This document shows positions 1 to 7,412 of a stretch of DNA of 11,800 nt, in pieces. The notes beneath the pieces were generated by a model. The model had not been told where the DNA came from and did not search any database. It worked only from the letters and a program-made list of their open reading frames with translations. The first letter of the stretch is position 1. Every line of letters starts with the position of its first letter. The position numbers and the translations under genes were made by a program. Source of the DNA: Candidatus Omnitrophota bacterium. GTDB taxonomy: Bacteria > Omnitrophota > Omnitrophia > Omnitrophales > Aquincolibacteriaceae. The stretch is from assembly GCA_043803685.1 (NCBI GenBank), contig JAZDJU010000069.1, positions 1-11,800 on the forward strand. The letters run 5' to 3'.

Positions 1-1
1 G

Positions 2-580
2 GCAAAGATCGATGCGGTCAAGCGCGCCGTGGGGATCGCGGGACGGTATTTTTTGTTCGTCGGAACGATGGAGCCGCGCAAAAATCTGGCGCGTATTTTA
101 GAGGCTTTTAAATCCGTTTCGGGGGCTCTTCCGGAACATCAGCTTGTTCTGGTGGGTTCCAAACAATTCGCGCACGGGAAGTATTCGGAGATTCTGGGGC
201 GGGATCACGCGCTTGCCGATGGCCGGATCGTAGCGCCAGGGTATCTGGACCATGAAAGTCTGAACGCGCTTTATTGCGGCGCCGACGCGCTGATCTTTCC
301 GTCGCTTTATGAAGGGTTCGGCATCCCGATCCTTGAGGCGATGGCGTCTGGATGTCCCGTGCTAACGGCAGCGGCGACGTCGACTCCGGAAGTTGCGGGG
401 AAGGCGGCTGTGTTCGTGGATCCCCGCGATACGAGCGCGATCGCGGCGGGGATGAAATGTCTCGCGCTTGATGAAACGTTGCGTTCCGAACTGCGTCTCA
501 AAGGATTTGAACGGATCAAGAAGTTCTCATGGCAAAAGACCGCGCGTGAGACGATCGAAGTTTATAAGGAGCTGCTCTGA
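2..580 (+). CDS. Glycosyltransferase family 4 (GT-B fold, MtfB/mannosyltransferase-like), 5'-truncated by the window edge
   Basis: Frame is open from position 2 (AKIDAVKRAVGIAGRYFLFVG...), so the GTG at 29 is internal. Contains the GT4 C-terminal motifs FVGTMEPRKN, FPSLYEGFGIPILEAMASG (E-x7-E) and FSWQKTA. Stop TGA 578-580 overlaps the next ATG. Confidence 0.93.
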   Translation, partial: AKIDAVKRAVGIAGRYFLFVGTMEPRKNLARILEAFKSVSGALPEHQLVLVGSKQFAHGKYSEILGRDHALADGRIVAPGYLDHESLNALYCGADALIFPSLYEGFGIPILEAMASGCPVLTAAATSTPEVAGKAAVFVDPRDTSAIAAGMKCLALDETLRSELRLKGFERIKKFSWQKTARETIEVYKELL

Positions 581-1272
581 TGGGAGTCGAAACGGATCAC
601 AAGGACATGGCGGCGTTGCAGGCGGAGTATGACCGCTTATACAAAGAGGCTCCCATTCGCGACGAGGACCGGGCGTATGTCTGGATCGCGAAGCAGCTTC
701 AAAAAATGGCCCCCAAGGCAAGCTCGATCCTGGATGTCGCTTGCGGAGGAGGCTATTTTCTTCGTGAAATTCAGCGACTCTACGGCGACGGCGTCCGTTT
801 CAGCGGGATCGATCTTTCTGGTGAAGCGCTTGCGATCGCCCGTAAAGAGTTTCCGCTGGCCGCTTATTCTCTTGCCGTCGCGGAGGATATTCCGTTTGAG
901 CCACGGTCTTTTGACGCGGTGACATGCCTGGGGAGTTTGGAGCATTTTTTGAACATTGCGCAAGCCCTTGCCGAGATCAAGCGAGTATTGAAGCCGGGAG
1001 GGATCTTCCTAGCGATGGTCCCGAACATTATGTGGTATCAGGATATTCTATCGGTGCTTTTTACCAAGAACCGGAAAAGTCGCAATCAGACCCACGAACT
1101 TTTCGCGAGTCACGGGGAGTGGAAGGAAATGCTAGAACAGAATGGTTTTGAAGTCGTCCGTTCGCTTAAATACAACGGGATCTCCCGTTCGTCGTGGAAA
1201 CAATACCTGAAAGACCTCCTCATTCCCGGAAGATTCTCGTATCATTTCATTTACATCTGCAGACCGAGGTAA
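580..1272 (+). CDS. Class I SAM-dependent methyltransferase (Methyltransf_11/25-like)
   Basis: Motif I ILDVACGGGY, acidic GIDLS, AEDIPFEPRSFDAVTC, LEH and LKPGG. TGATG coupling to the upstream gene, with AAGGAG at 566-571. Confidence 0.92.
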   Translation: MGVETDHKDMAALQAEYDRLYKEAPIRDEDRAYVWIAKQLQKMAPKASSILDVACGGGYFLREIQRLYGDGVRFSGIDLSGEALAIARKEFPLAAYSLAVAEDIPFEPRSFDAVTCLGSLEHFLNIAQALAEIKRVLKPGGIFLAMVPNIMWYQDILSVLFTKNRKSRNQTHELFASHGEWKEMLEQNGFEVVRSLKYNGISRSSWKQYLKDLLIPGRFSYHFIYICRPR

Positions 1273-1274
1273 AC

Positions 1275-2081
1275 ATGGTCGAATCGCTCGCGGAACTGAA
1301 AAAGCTCTGTCAGAAGCCGGATTATAAAACGAAGGGGAACTGGTACGTCCGGACGATCCTCCGGGACGCCGCGTTGCCCGCGACCCGGATTCTTTTACAC
1401 ACTTCCGTGACGGCGAACCAGGTGACTTTGATCTCGCTTGCCGTGAGCGCCATCGCCATGGTCTTTTTGGCGATCCCGGGGACCGGGGCGTTCTTTGCGG
1501 GGGCCGTGCTTCTGCAACTGTGGTATTACCTGGATCATGTGGACGGCCAGATTGCCCGCTATCGCAAGACGGATTGTTTGACGGGGCGGTTCCTGGATTT
1601 TATGACGCATCATCTCGTCCATCCCGCGCTCTTTTTTGCTTTGGGTTTTTATGCTTTCCATATCACGGGATCCGTAGCATTCATTCTTTGGGGGTTCATC
1701 AGCGTCCTGGCGATCCTGGCTTTTAATCTTATCCATGACGTGAAATATAAAACTTTTTTTGAGGCCGTGTCGAAGCGAAAGCCCGCAGCCTTTGAGTTAA
1801 AGGGGATTGAATGTTCGCAAGGAATCCCTGAAAGGGAGGTGTCCTTGAGACGGCGCCTCTTTTCATTCGCTCATAAACTTTGCGAGATCCATGTGATGAT
1901 GAACCTTCTGACACTTGCGGTTTTTATCCAGATGCTCTTTTCATCATGGGACCTCCGGTTCTTTCTTTTCATTCTCTATGGCGTGCTTGCCCCCGCCGTG
2001 GCCGTTCTGAAACTGGCCTATATTCTCAAGAACAGGCAGATCGACCGGGAATACGACGACACCTTTCATGCAACCACCTGA
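1275..2081 (+). CDS. CDP-alcohol phosphatidyltransferase/phosphotransferase family membrane protein
   Basis: TANQVT, then DHVDGQIAR-x8-GRFLDFMTH, with several hydrophobic helices. Start moved from 1194 to ATG 1275 because GAGGT (1266-1270) precedes it and it lies 2 nt after the upstream stop. Confidence 0.9.
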   Translation: MVESLAELKKLCQKPDYKTKGNWYVRTILRDAALPATRILLHTSVTANQVTLISLAVSAIAMVFLAIPGTGAFFAGAVLLQLWYYLDHVDGQIARYRKTDCLTGRFLDFMTHHLVHPALFFALGFYAFHITGSVAFILWGFISVLAILAFNLIHDVKYKTFFEAVSKRKPAAFELKGIECSQGIPEREVSLRRRLFSFAHKLCEIHVMMNLLTLAVFIQMLFSSWDLRFFLFILYGVLAPAVAVLKLAYILKNRQIDREYDDTFHATT

Positions 2082-3738
2082 TCCCACGACCGTTCCGCAA
2101 AACTCCTCCAGGTTTTCTCTGGCCATCCGCGCATTGCTCGGGATCGCCGGAGTGGCGGCGCTATTTTTCCTGCTCACCAATGCGGTCCCGCTAGTCCAAC
2201 TGGGATGGCTGAAAGATTTTGGTAAGAAGGGGCGCTATCTTCTTCCGATGCTGATCTCGGTGCCTATTTTTTCGGTGCTGATGGTGCTCACGCGTTGGAA
2301 GTTTCCTCAGATCTTTGAGCGTTCCGTTTGGGTCCGGCTGTGGCAGGCCGCTTGCGCGATCCCGCTCCGTACGATGGCGGTATGCTTTTTTGTGATCTAC
2401 GCGGGGATGATGGCGGTCGTCGGATTTGAGAGGCATGCCGCGCTTGAGACACGGGCGTTTGACCTCGGGATATTCGTGCAGGCGGTCTGGAATACGCTCC
2501 AGGGGAATATTTTCTTTTCCTCGATCAAAGAAAACATCAATCTGATGGGGGACCATGTCAGTCCCATCCTGCTCGTGACCGCGCCCTTCTACGCGATCTG
2601 GCCCGACCCGCGCATGCTGATCCTGCTGCAGGCGATCGCGGCCGCAAGCTCCTTTTTCCCTCTCGCCTTGATCGCCCGGGATAAACTGAAAGACCGTCCG
2701 CTTGTCCTCATCTTCCTTCTGATGTTTTTCTTCTTTCAGCCGATGCGCGCGGCGCTCCACGAGGATTTTCATCCGGAGCTCCTGGCCGAGCCTTTCCTGT
2801 GGTGGGCGTTCTTTTTTCTCGACCGCGGCAAGGCCGGCCGTTTTCTGCTTTGTCTCGTCGTTGCCGTAACGGGGAAGGAGAATTTTTTCGGTGTCGCGTT
2901 CATGTTGGGATTTTATGCGCTTGTCTGGAAGAAAATGCGGTGGACCGGCGCGGCCGTCATGGTATGTTCGGTGGCGATCCTTTTATGGGAGACAAAATGG
3001 CTTGTGCCGCATCTGACCGGCGCTCCCTATTTTTACGGCGGTAATTACAGTCGGATGCTGGCGGATCCCATGAATGCCGTGGTCTTGAAACTTCTGAGCG
3101 GGGAGTCGCTGGAATATGCATCCAAGATCTTCACGCCGTTCCTTTTCCTTCCGTTCTTCCATCTGCCGACGCTGGTCCTGGTCTTTCCGGTTCTTTTTCA
3201 GAATCTTCTTTCCGGGAACGGATCGATGCGTTCTTTTAATTACCATTACGTGACGGGAATGACGCCGTTCCTGTTCATCTCAACGATCTTTGCGCTGGCC
3301 CAACTGAAGGATCGGAAAGTGTGGATCGCAAAACATCTGTTGTGGATTGGTTTTGCGCTGTTATTTATGAGCGCTCTTCGCTCCGGTCCCTCGGAATACT
3401 GGTTTTACTGGAATATCCATTCGCATCGCGATGCCCACACGGATATGATCAGGGAAAAACTTTCCGAAGTTCTCGTGAGCGATCGTGTCTTGACCCATAA
3501 CGCCTTCATCCCGCAGCTCTGCAACCGTCAATTCGTCTATCAATTCAATTACAATCCTGACCCCACCAAGATCGAACAGGCCCGAAATTATGCCGCCGAT
3601 CTTCTTGCCTGGGACCGGAAGTTCTGGGAGCCGAATACGCTTTCTCTTGAAGAGTCGCTTGTGGAAGCGGGGCGGGCCGGATACTCCGTTACATTCGAAC
3701 GCGACGGTTTTTATATCCTCAGGAAAACGGAGCTTTGA
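2068..3738 (+). CDS. DUF2079-type polytopic membrane protein (predicted GT-C-like transferase)
   Basis: FDLGIFVQAVWN, GDHVSPILL, LILLQA, DFHPE, KE and YHY motifs recalled from DUF2079 members. Many TM segments plus a soluble C-terminal domain. Overlaps the upstream gene by 14 nt. Confidence 0.8.
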   Translation: MQPPDPTTVPQNSSRFSLAIRALLGIAGVAALFFLLTNAVPLVQLGWLKDFGKKGRYLLPMLISVPIFSVLMVLTRWKFPQIFERSVWVRLWQAACAIPLRTMAVCFFVIYAGMMAVVGFERHAALETRAFDLGIFVQAVWNTLQGNIFFSSIKENINLMGDHVSPILLVTAPFYAIWPDPRMLILLQAIAAASSFFPLALIARDKLKDRPLVLIFLLMFFFFQPMRAALHEDFHPELLAEPFLWWAFFFLDRGKAGRFLLCLVVAVTGKENFFGVAFMLGFYALVWKKMRWTGAAVMVCSVAILLWETKWLVPHLTGAPYFYGGNYSRMLADPMNAVVLKLLSGESLEYASKIFTPFLFLPFFHLPTLVLVFPVLFQNLLSGNGSMRSFNYHYVTGMTPFLFISTIFALAQLKDRKVWIAKHLLWIGFALLFMSALRSGPSEYWFYWNIHSHRDAHTDMIREKLSEVLVSDRVLTHNAFIPQLCNRQFVYQFNYNPDPTKIEQARNYAADLLAWDRKFWEPNTLSLEESLVEAGRAGYSVTFERDGFYILRKTEL

Positions 3739-3739
3739 C

Positions 3740-5701
3740 ATGATCCCTGCCGCTCCCGCCATCCGGTCGAACCGCTTTTGGAATGTGAAGACGGCGCTTG
3801 TGGTTCTGCTCTTGCTCGTTCTGGCGGGGCAGTGTATTTATTTCGCGGTTCGCACGGGGCAGACAACCGATGAAGGGTTCTTTTCCGGAGGCGGCTACCC
3901 GATCGTTCGCTACAACGATTACAAATTCCTGGGGGACCACCCGCCCTTGATGTATCAACTGGCGGCTTTCCCGCTTCTTTTTATCCAGCCGAAGTTCCCG
4001 ATCGAGAACCCGCTCTATGTCCCCAACACCGACAGGATCGACGGAGCGAGGAACGGAGCCTTGTTCCTGTACACAATGGGGAATGATCCTCAATTACTTC
4101 TTCTTCTCCAGCGCTTACCGTTGATCGCGTTGACCGTGCTCCTGGGACTCGGGATCTTTCTTTTCGGGAAGGAGCTTTACGGCGAATGGGGCGCTTTTCT
4201 GGCGCTCTTTCTCTATGTTTTTACCCCCGACATCATCGGCAACGGGGGCCTTTTTATGACGGATATGGGGCTCACCGCATTCTATTTCTTTTCGATCTGG
4301 GCCCTGAAAAGATTTTTTGATTCGCCGGACCTTAAGCATGCTGTCGGGCTGGGATTCTTGTGCGGATTGGCTTTTGTGACCAAGATCAGCGGGTTGATCC
4401 TCTTTCCGGTCGTCACATTCCTTTTTATCGTTTTTTTCTTTGTGGATCCGCGAGTAAGGACCCTAGCTCCCGTTCCAGCGACCTTTGATAAACGATTCGG
4501 TATTCTCGCGATCTTCCTGCTGATCAATGCGATCGCGCAAAAGCAGGCGATGGTCACCCTGGGGCCGCTGTTCATCCTGGCGATCTATCTCTGTTTCAAG
4601 GATCAATGGCTTTTTACTTTCAAGCGCTTTATGCCGTTCGTTCTTAAAGGCCTTCTGGTCGCCGGTTTTGTTATCTCTTTTGTTTTTTCTTTCGCGTTAA
4701 AGAAAAAGTACGGGGTCGGGGCTTCGATCGTTTTTGCCGCGTGGAATGCCGTGGCTGTGTTGTTCACGCTTTTTTTGTTGAATTTTCGTGGTGAGAACCA
4801 GAGCCGCGTGATTGCCTTTGTTAAGGTTTTTCTCGCGATCTGGCTCGTCGCGGCGCTTGTGATCGTTCTGGATTACACGGATTTTCTCTATAAGTTCTAC
4901 CGTTTCATCGGTTTCGGAAATTACGCGAAACCCTTGGGGATCGTATTGTCGCATTCACTCGGAGGGCACCAGAATTACATCGAAGGGTCCTTCGTCAAAT
5001 GTGATTGGCGCTATTTTTTTTACGTCATGGCGATCAAAGTGCCTCTTTTGGTTCTGGGGACCACGGCGCTAGGGTTTGTTCTTTTGTTGCGCTCCAGGAT
5101 GACGGTGTTGGTCAAAGCTCTCCTGATCACGCCCGTGATCGCCTATTTCGGGGCCTCCATTTTTAACAAGATCAATATTGGCCTACGCCACATTCTTCCG
5201 ATCTTTCCATTTCTGTTCCTCTGGTGCGGGTGGGTGGGCGCAAGCCTTGTGAACATGAAACGCGGATTTTTGAAGACCGCGCTTGCTGTGGGTCTTTGTG
5301 CTCTTCTCGCGCTCTTCGCGGCCCGGACCTTGCGGACCGCGCCTGACTATCTTGCCTACTTCAATGAGGCTATCGGTGGGACTGAGCAGGGATCCAAGTT
5401 GATCCCGATCAATTGGGGACAGGATAACAAGAGTTTTGCTGAATTCGTTCTCGCAAGGAAGATCCCTCGCGTCAAGATCATCAGCGAGGCTTCGAATCCC
5501 GATATCTACGATTACTACAAGCTCCCCTGGGAATGGATGCAAAAGCCCGATCTCTTGAAACCGGAACCCGGATTTTACGCGATGGGGATCGGCGTGTACG
5601 TGGACCAGCAAAGGGATCCGAATTCCTGGTTCAAGGGCCGGCAACCGGATCATCGCATCGGTGAGACGATGTATATCTTCGAAGTACCCCCTGGGGCCTA
5701 G
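3740..5701 (+). CDS. PMT/ArnT-like (GT39/GT83-type, GT-C fold) lipid-carrier-dependent glycosyltransferase
   Basis: TTDE after the first TM, HPPL, MTD, TKISG, GLRHILP and YLAYFNE-GG-WGQD. Start moved from 3590 to ATG 3740 (GGAG at 3729-3732, 1 nt after the upstream stop), giving 653 aa. Confidence 0.83.
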   Translation: MIPAAPAIRSNRFWNVKTALVVLLLLVLAGQCIYFAVRTGQTTDEGFFSGGGYPIVRYNDYKFLGDHPPLMYQLAAFPLLFIQPKFPIENPLYVPNTDRIDGARNGALFLYTMGNDPQLLLLLQRLPLIALTVLLGLGIFLFGKELYGEWGAFLALFLYVFTPDIIGNGGLFMTDMGLTAFYFFSIWALKRFFDSPDLKHAVGLGFLCGLAFVTKISGLILFPVVTFLFIVFFFVDPRVRTLAPVPATFDKRFGILAIFLLINAIAQKQAMVTLGPLFILAIYLCFKDQWLFTFKRFMPFVLKGLLVAGFVISFVFSFALKKKYGVGASIVFAAWNAVAVLFTLFLLNFRGENQSRVIAFVKVFLAIWLVAALVIVLDYTDFLYKFYRFIGFGNYAKPLGIVLSHSLGGHQNYIEGSFVKCDWRYFFYVMAIKVPLLVLGTTALGFVLLLRSRMTVLVKALLITPVIAYFGASIFNKINIGLRHILPIFPFLFLWCGWVGASLVNMKRGFLKTALAVGLCALLALFAARTLRTAPDYLAYFNEAIGGTEQGSKLIPINWGQDNKSFAEFVLARKIPRVKIISEASNPDIYDYYKLPWEWMQKPDLLKPEPGFYAMGIGVYVDQQRDPNSWFKGRQPDHRIGETMYIFEVPPGA

Positions 5702-5703
5702 TG

Positions 5704-6570
5704 ATGGTTTCGATCTCCGGAGCCCGTATCGTGGTCCTGAATTACAATGGCGCAGAGATGCTCCCGAAGTGTCTTCCGAGCCTAGTGGAGGCGGCGCGCG
5801 CTGCCAAAACACCGACGACGATCACGGTGCTGGACAATCTGAGCTCGGACAAAAGTGAGGACTACGTCCGGACGAATTTTTCTGAAGTGGAGTTCGTGAA
5901 GGCTCCCGAGAACCTGGTGCTCTGCTCTTATAACGATTATCTCAAAACGATCTCAGAGCCTATCGCGATCCTGCTGAATAATGACATCCGGGTAGATTCC
6001 GGATTCATTGATCCTTTGATGAGAAAATTCGAGGAGGATCCCGGAACATTTCTTGTGGCTCCCCGGGTCATGACCTTCGACGGTATGGCGATCGAGGCAG
6101 TCGATACTCGCGCGGGCATTAAATTCGGGATGTTCTGGGCGAATGCCCGTTATCCCGGCTATGAAGCCCACGCGATGGTCCCGGCAGAGACGTTTGCGTC
6201 GGGTTTTGGCGCGATATCCCGGGAAAAATTCCTCGCGCTCGGGGGCTATGACCTTCGCTATCTTCCCGGGATCATGGAGGATGCGGATCTGTGTCTCACG
6301 GCTCGTCGCGGGGGGTATCGCTCCTTTTATGAGCCGAAAAGCGTCGTGTACCACATGGGGCAGGCGAGTTTTAAAAAGGCTTTTACGAACCTCCGGCGCG
6401 AGACGATCGCTCACCGGAATAACTTTCTTTTCATGAGGAAAAATTTTCCAGGAGCCAGAGACCGGGTTCTCCATTATTTGTTCCTTCCGCTACGGCTGAT
6501 TTGGGCGGCGGTTCGGGGGCGATGGGGTTTTCTGTTAGGCTTTTGTGAGGCTTTGAAGAGAAAATCATGA
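5704..6570 (+). CDS. Glycosyltransferase family 2 (GT-A fold, WbbL/rhamnosyltransferase-like)
   Basis: IVVLNYNG, LDNLSSD, LLNND, GGYD...MEDADLC and VYH motifs. Start is ATG 5704 or the in-frame GTG 5701 that overlaps the upstream TAG. Confidence 0.9.
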   Translation: MVSISGARIVVLNYNGAEMLPKCLPSLVEAARAAKTPTTITVLDNLSSDKSEDYVRTNFSEVEFVKAPENLVLCSYNDYLKTISEPIAILLNNDIRVDSGFIDPLMRKFEEDPGTFLVAPRVMTFDGMAIEAVDTRAGIKFGMFWANARYPGYEAHAMVPAETFASGFGAISREKFLALGGYDLRYLPGIMEDADLCLTARRGGYRSFYEPKSVVYHMGQASFKKAFTNLRRETIAHRNNFLFMRKNFPGARDRVLHYLFLPLRLIWAAVRGRWGFLLGFCEALKRKS

Positions 6571-7298
6571 CGATCTCGGCTATTGTTCTTACGCGTGACG
6601 AAGAAAAACACATAGAAAATTGTCTGGAAAGTCTTGCCTGGGCGGATGAGCGTCTAGTCATCGATTCGGGAAGCGCTGATCGCACGGTGCAGCTCGCGGA
6701 AAAATGCGGGGCGCGTGTCGTATCGCATCCGTTCACGGATTTCGCCTCCCAGCGTAATTTCGCGGTCTCCGAGGCCAAAGGGGATTGGGTGCTTTTCATT
6801 GACGCGGATGAACGGGTGACGCTGCACCTGATTGATGAACTTAAAAGGGCTGCCCAGGGTCCGGAGAGTGTATACGCGGTCCCTCGATTCAATTATTTTT
6901 TTGGAAAAAGACTTCGTTTTGCCGACGCGCAGGAAGACGCGCCGGTGCGGTTCTTTCCGAGACAGCAGGCGACCTGGGCTCAGCCCGTTCATGAAAGGGT
7001 TGTGAGCGATCTTCCGGTCCGGCAGTTCCAAAGCCCGATCCTGCATTACAGTACGCGCGATCTCGCGCATTATCTGAAGAAGGTCGACGATTACGTACCG
7101 CTGGAACTCCACACCTTGAGGGTGAAGGGCGTGAAACCCGCGCTCTGGCGGGTCTTTCTTGTTCCACCTGCGAAGTTCCTTTGGCTCTTTATTTTTAAGC
7201 GGGGCTTTTTGGATGGCGTTGCCGGATTTCAATATGCTATTCTCTCGGCCTATTACGCTTTCCGGAAATACTGGCTCTATCTCAGGCAGGGGGTCTAG
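6567..7298 (+). CDS. Glycosyltransferase family 2, LPS-core beta-1,4-glucosyltransferase-like (WaaE/KdtX/LgtF group)
   Basis: ISAIVLTRDEE, IDSGSAD, FASQRNFA, WVLFIDADE, VHE, ILHYS and GFLDGVAG. ATGA overlap with the upstream gene. Confidence 0.9.
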   Translation: MTISAIVLTRDEEKHIENCLESLAWADERLVIDSGSADRTVQLAEKCGARVVSHPFTDFASQRNFAVSEAKGDWVLFIDADERVTLHLIDELKRAAQGPESVYAVPRFNYFFGKRLRFADAQEDAPVRFFPRQQATWAQPVHERVVSDLPVRQFQSPILHYSTRDLAHYLKKVDDYVPLELHTLRVKGVKPALWRVFLVPPAKFLWLFIFKRGFLDGVAGFQYAILSAYYAFRKYWLYLRQGV

Positions 7299-7392
7299 TA
7301 CCGCTTCAAGATTTAAATTGTGGGTACCGCAATTTAAATCTGCTTTAGGTACAGTACTGTTTACCCCTAAAATTAATCTTGAAAGGGTACTA
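7296..7392. mobile_element. Putative non-autonomous MITE-like element: 93 bp (7298-7390) flanked by TA dinucleotides, with terminal inverted repeats and internal hairpins
   Basis: Left end TAGTACCGCTTCAAGATT (7296-7313) matches the reverse complement of right end AATCTTGAAAGGGTACTA (7375-7392) at 16/18, extending to 24/31. About 37% GC. No transposase in the window. Confidence 0.55.
7309..7341. repeat. Strong inverted repeat / hairpin inside the intergenic element
   Basis: AGATTTAAATTG (7309-7320) and CAATTTAAATCT (7330-7341) are perfect 12-bp inverted arms, extended by TGG/CCG (one G-T pair) around a GTA loop. Confidence 0.9.
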
Positions 7393-7412
7393 AAAGTGAC
7401 CGGGACATTTTT
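7392..7412. repeat. REP-like 21-bp imperfect palindrome, copy 1 (intergenic, abutting the ATG at 7413)
   Basis: AAAAGTGACCGGGACATTTTT is self-complementary around 7402 and 15/21 identical to 7559-7579. Confidence 0.45.

Noticed and set aside
1194..1274. N-terminal extension of the CDP-AP ORF as given in the track
   Set aside because: Overlaps the methyltransferase by 79 nt. ATG 1275 has a good SD and fits coupling.
3590..3739. 50-aa N-terminal extension of the PMT-like ORF
   Set aside because: Overlaps the upstream gene by 149 nt and looks like off-frame sequence. ATG 3740 with GGAG is more plausible.
5014..5021. T8 tract, and T7 tracts at 1754, 4431, 4770 and 6896, as phase-variation sites
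   Set aside because: Short, all frames are intact, and they are explained by Phe/Leu/Tyr codons in hydrophobic segments.
5415..5423. GGGGACAGG match to the REP-like motif
   Set aside because: Encodes the conserved WGQD protein motif and lacks the CACCTTTT half.
7309..7346. Hairpin A as an intrinsic terminator
   Set aside because: The stem is AT-rich and followed only by GCTTT, not a proper U-tract. It is better explained as part of the larger element, though termination is not excluded.
7344..7373. Possible sigma70 promoter with -10 TAAAAT at 7368-7373
   Set aside because: No convincing -35 at 16-18 bp spacing (TTTAGG/TTAGGT), and such hexamers are expected in AT-rich DNA.
7296..7412. CRISPR array or tRNA in the intergenic region
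   Set aside because: Repeats are inverted and nested rather than regularly spaced direct repeats with spacers. No cloverleaf, T-loop or cas genes.
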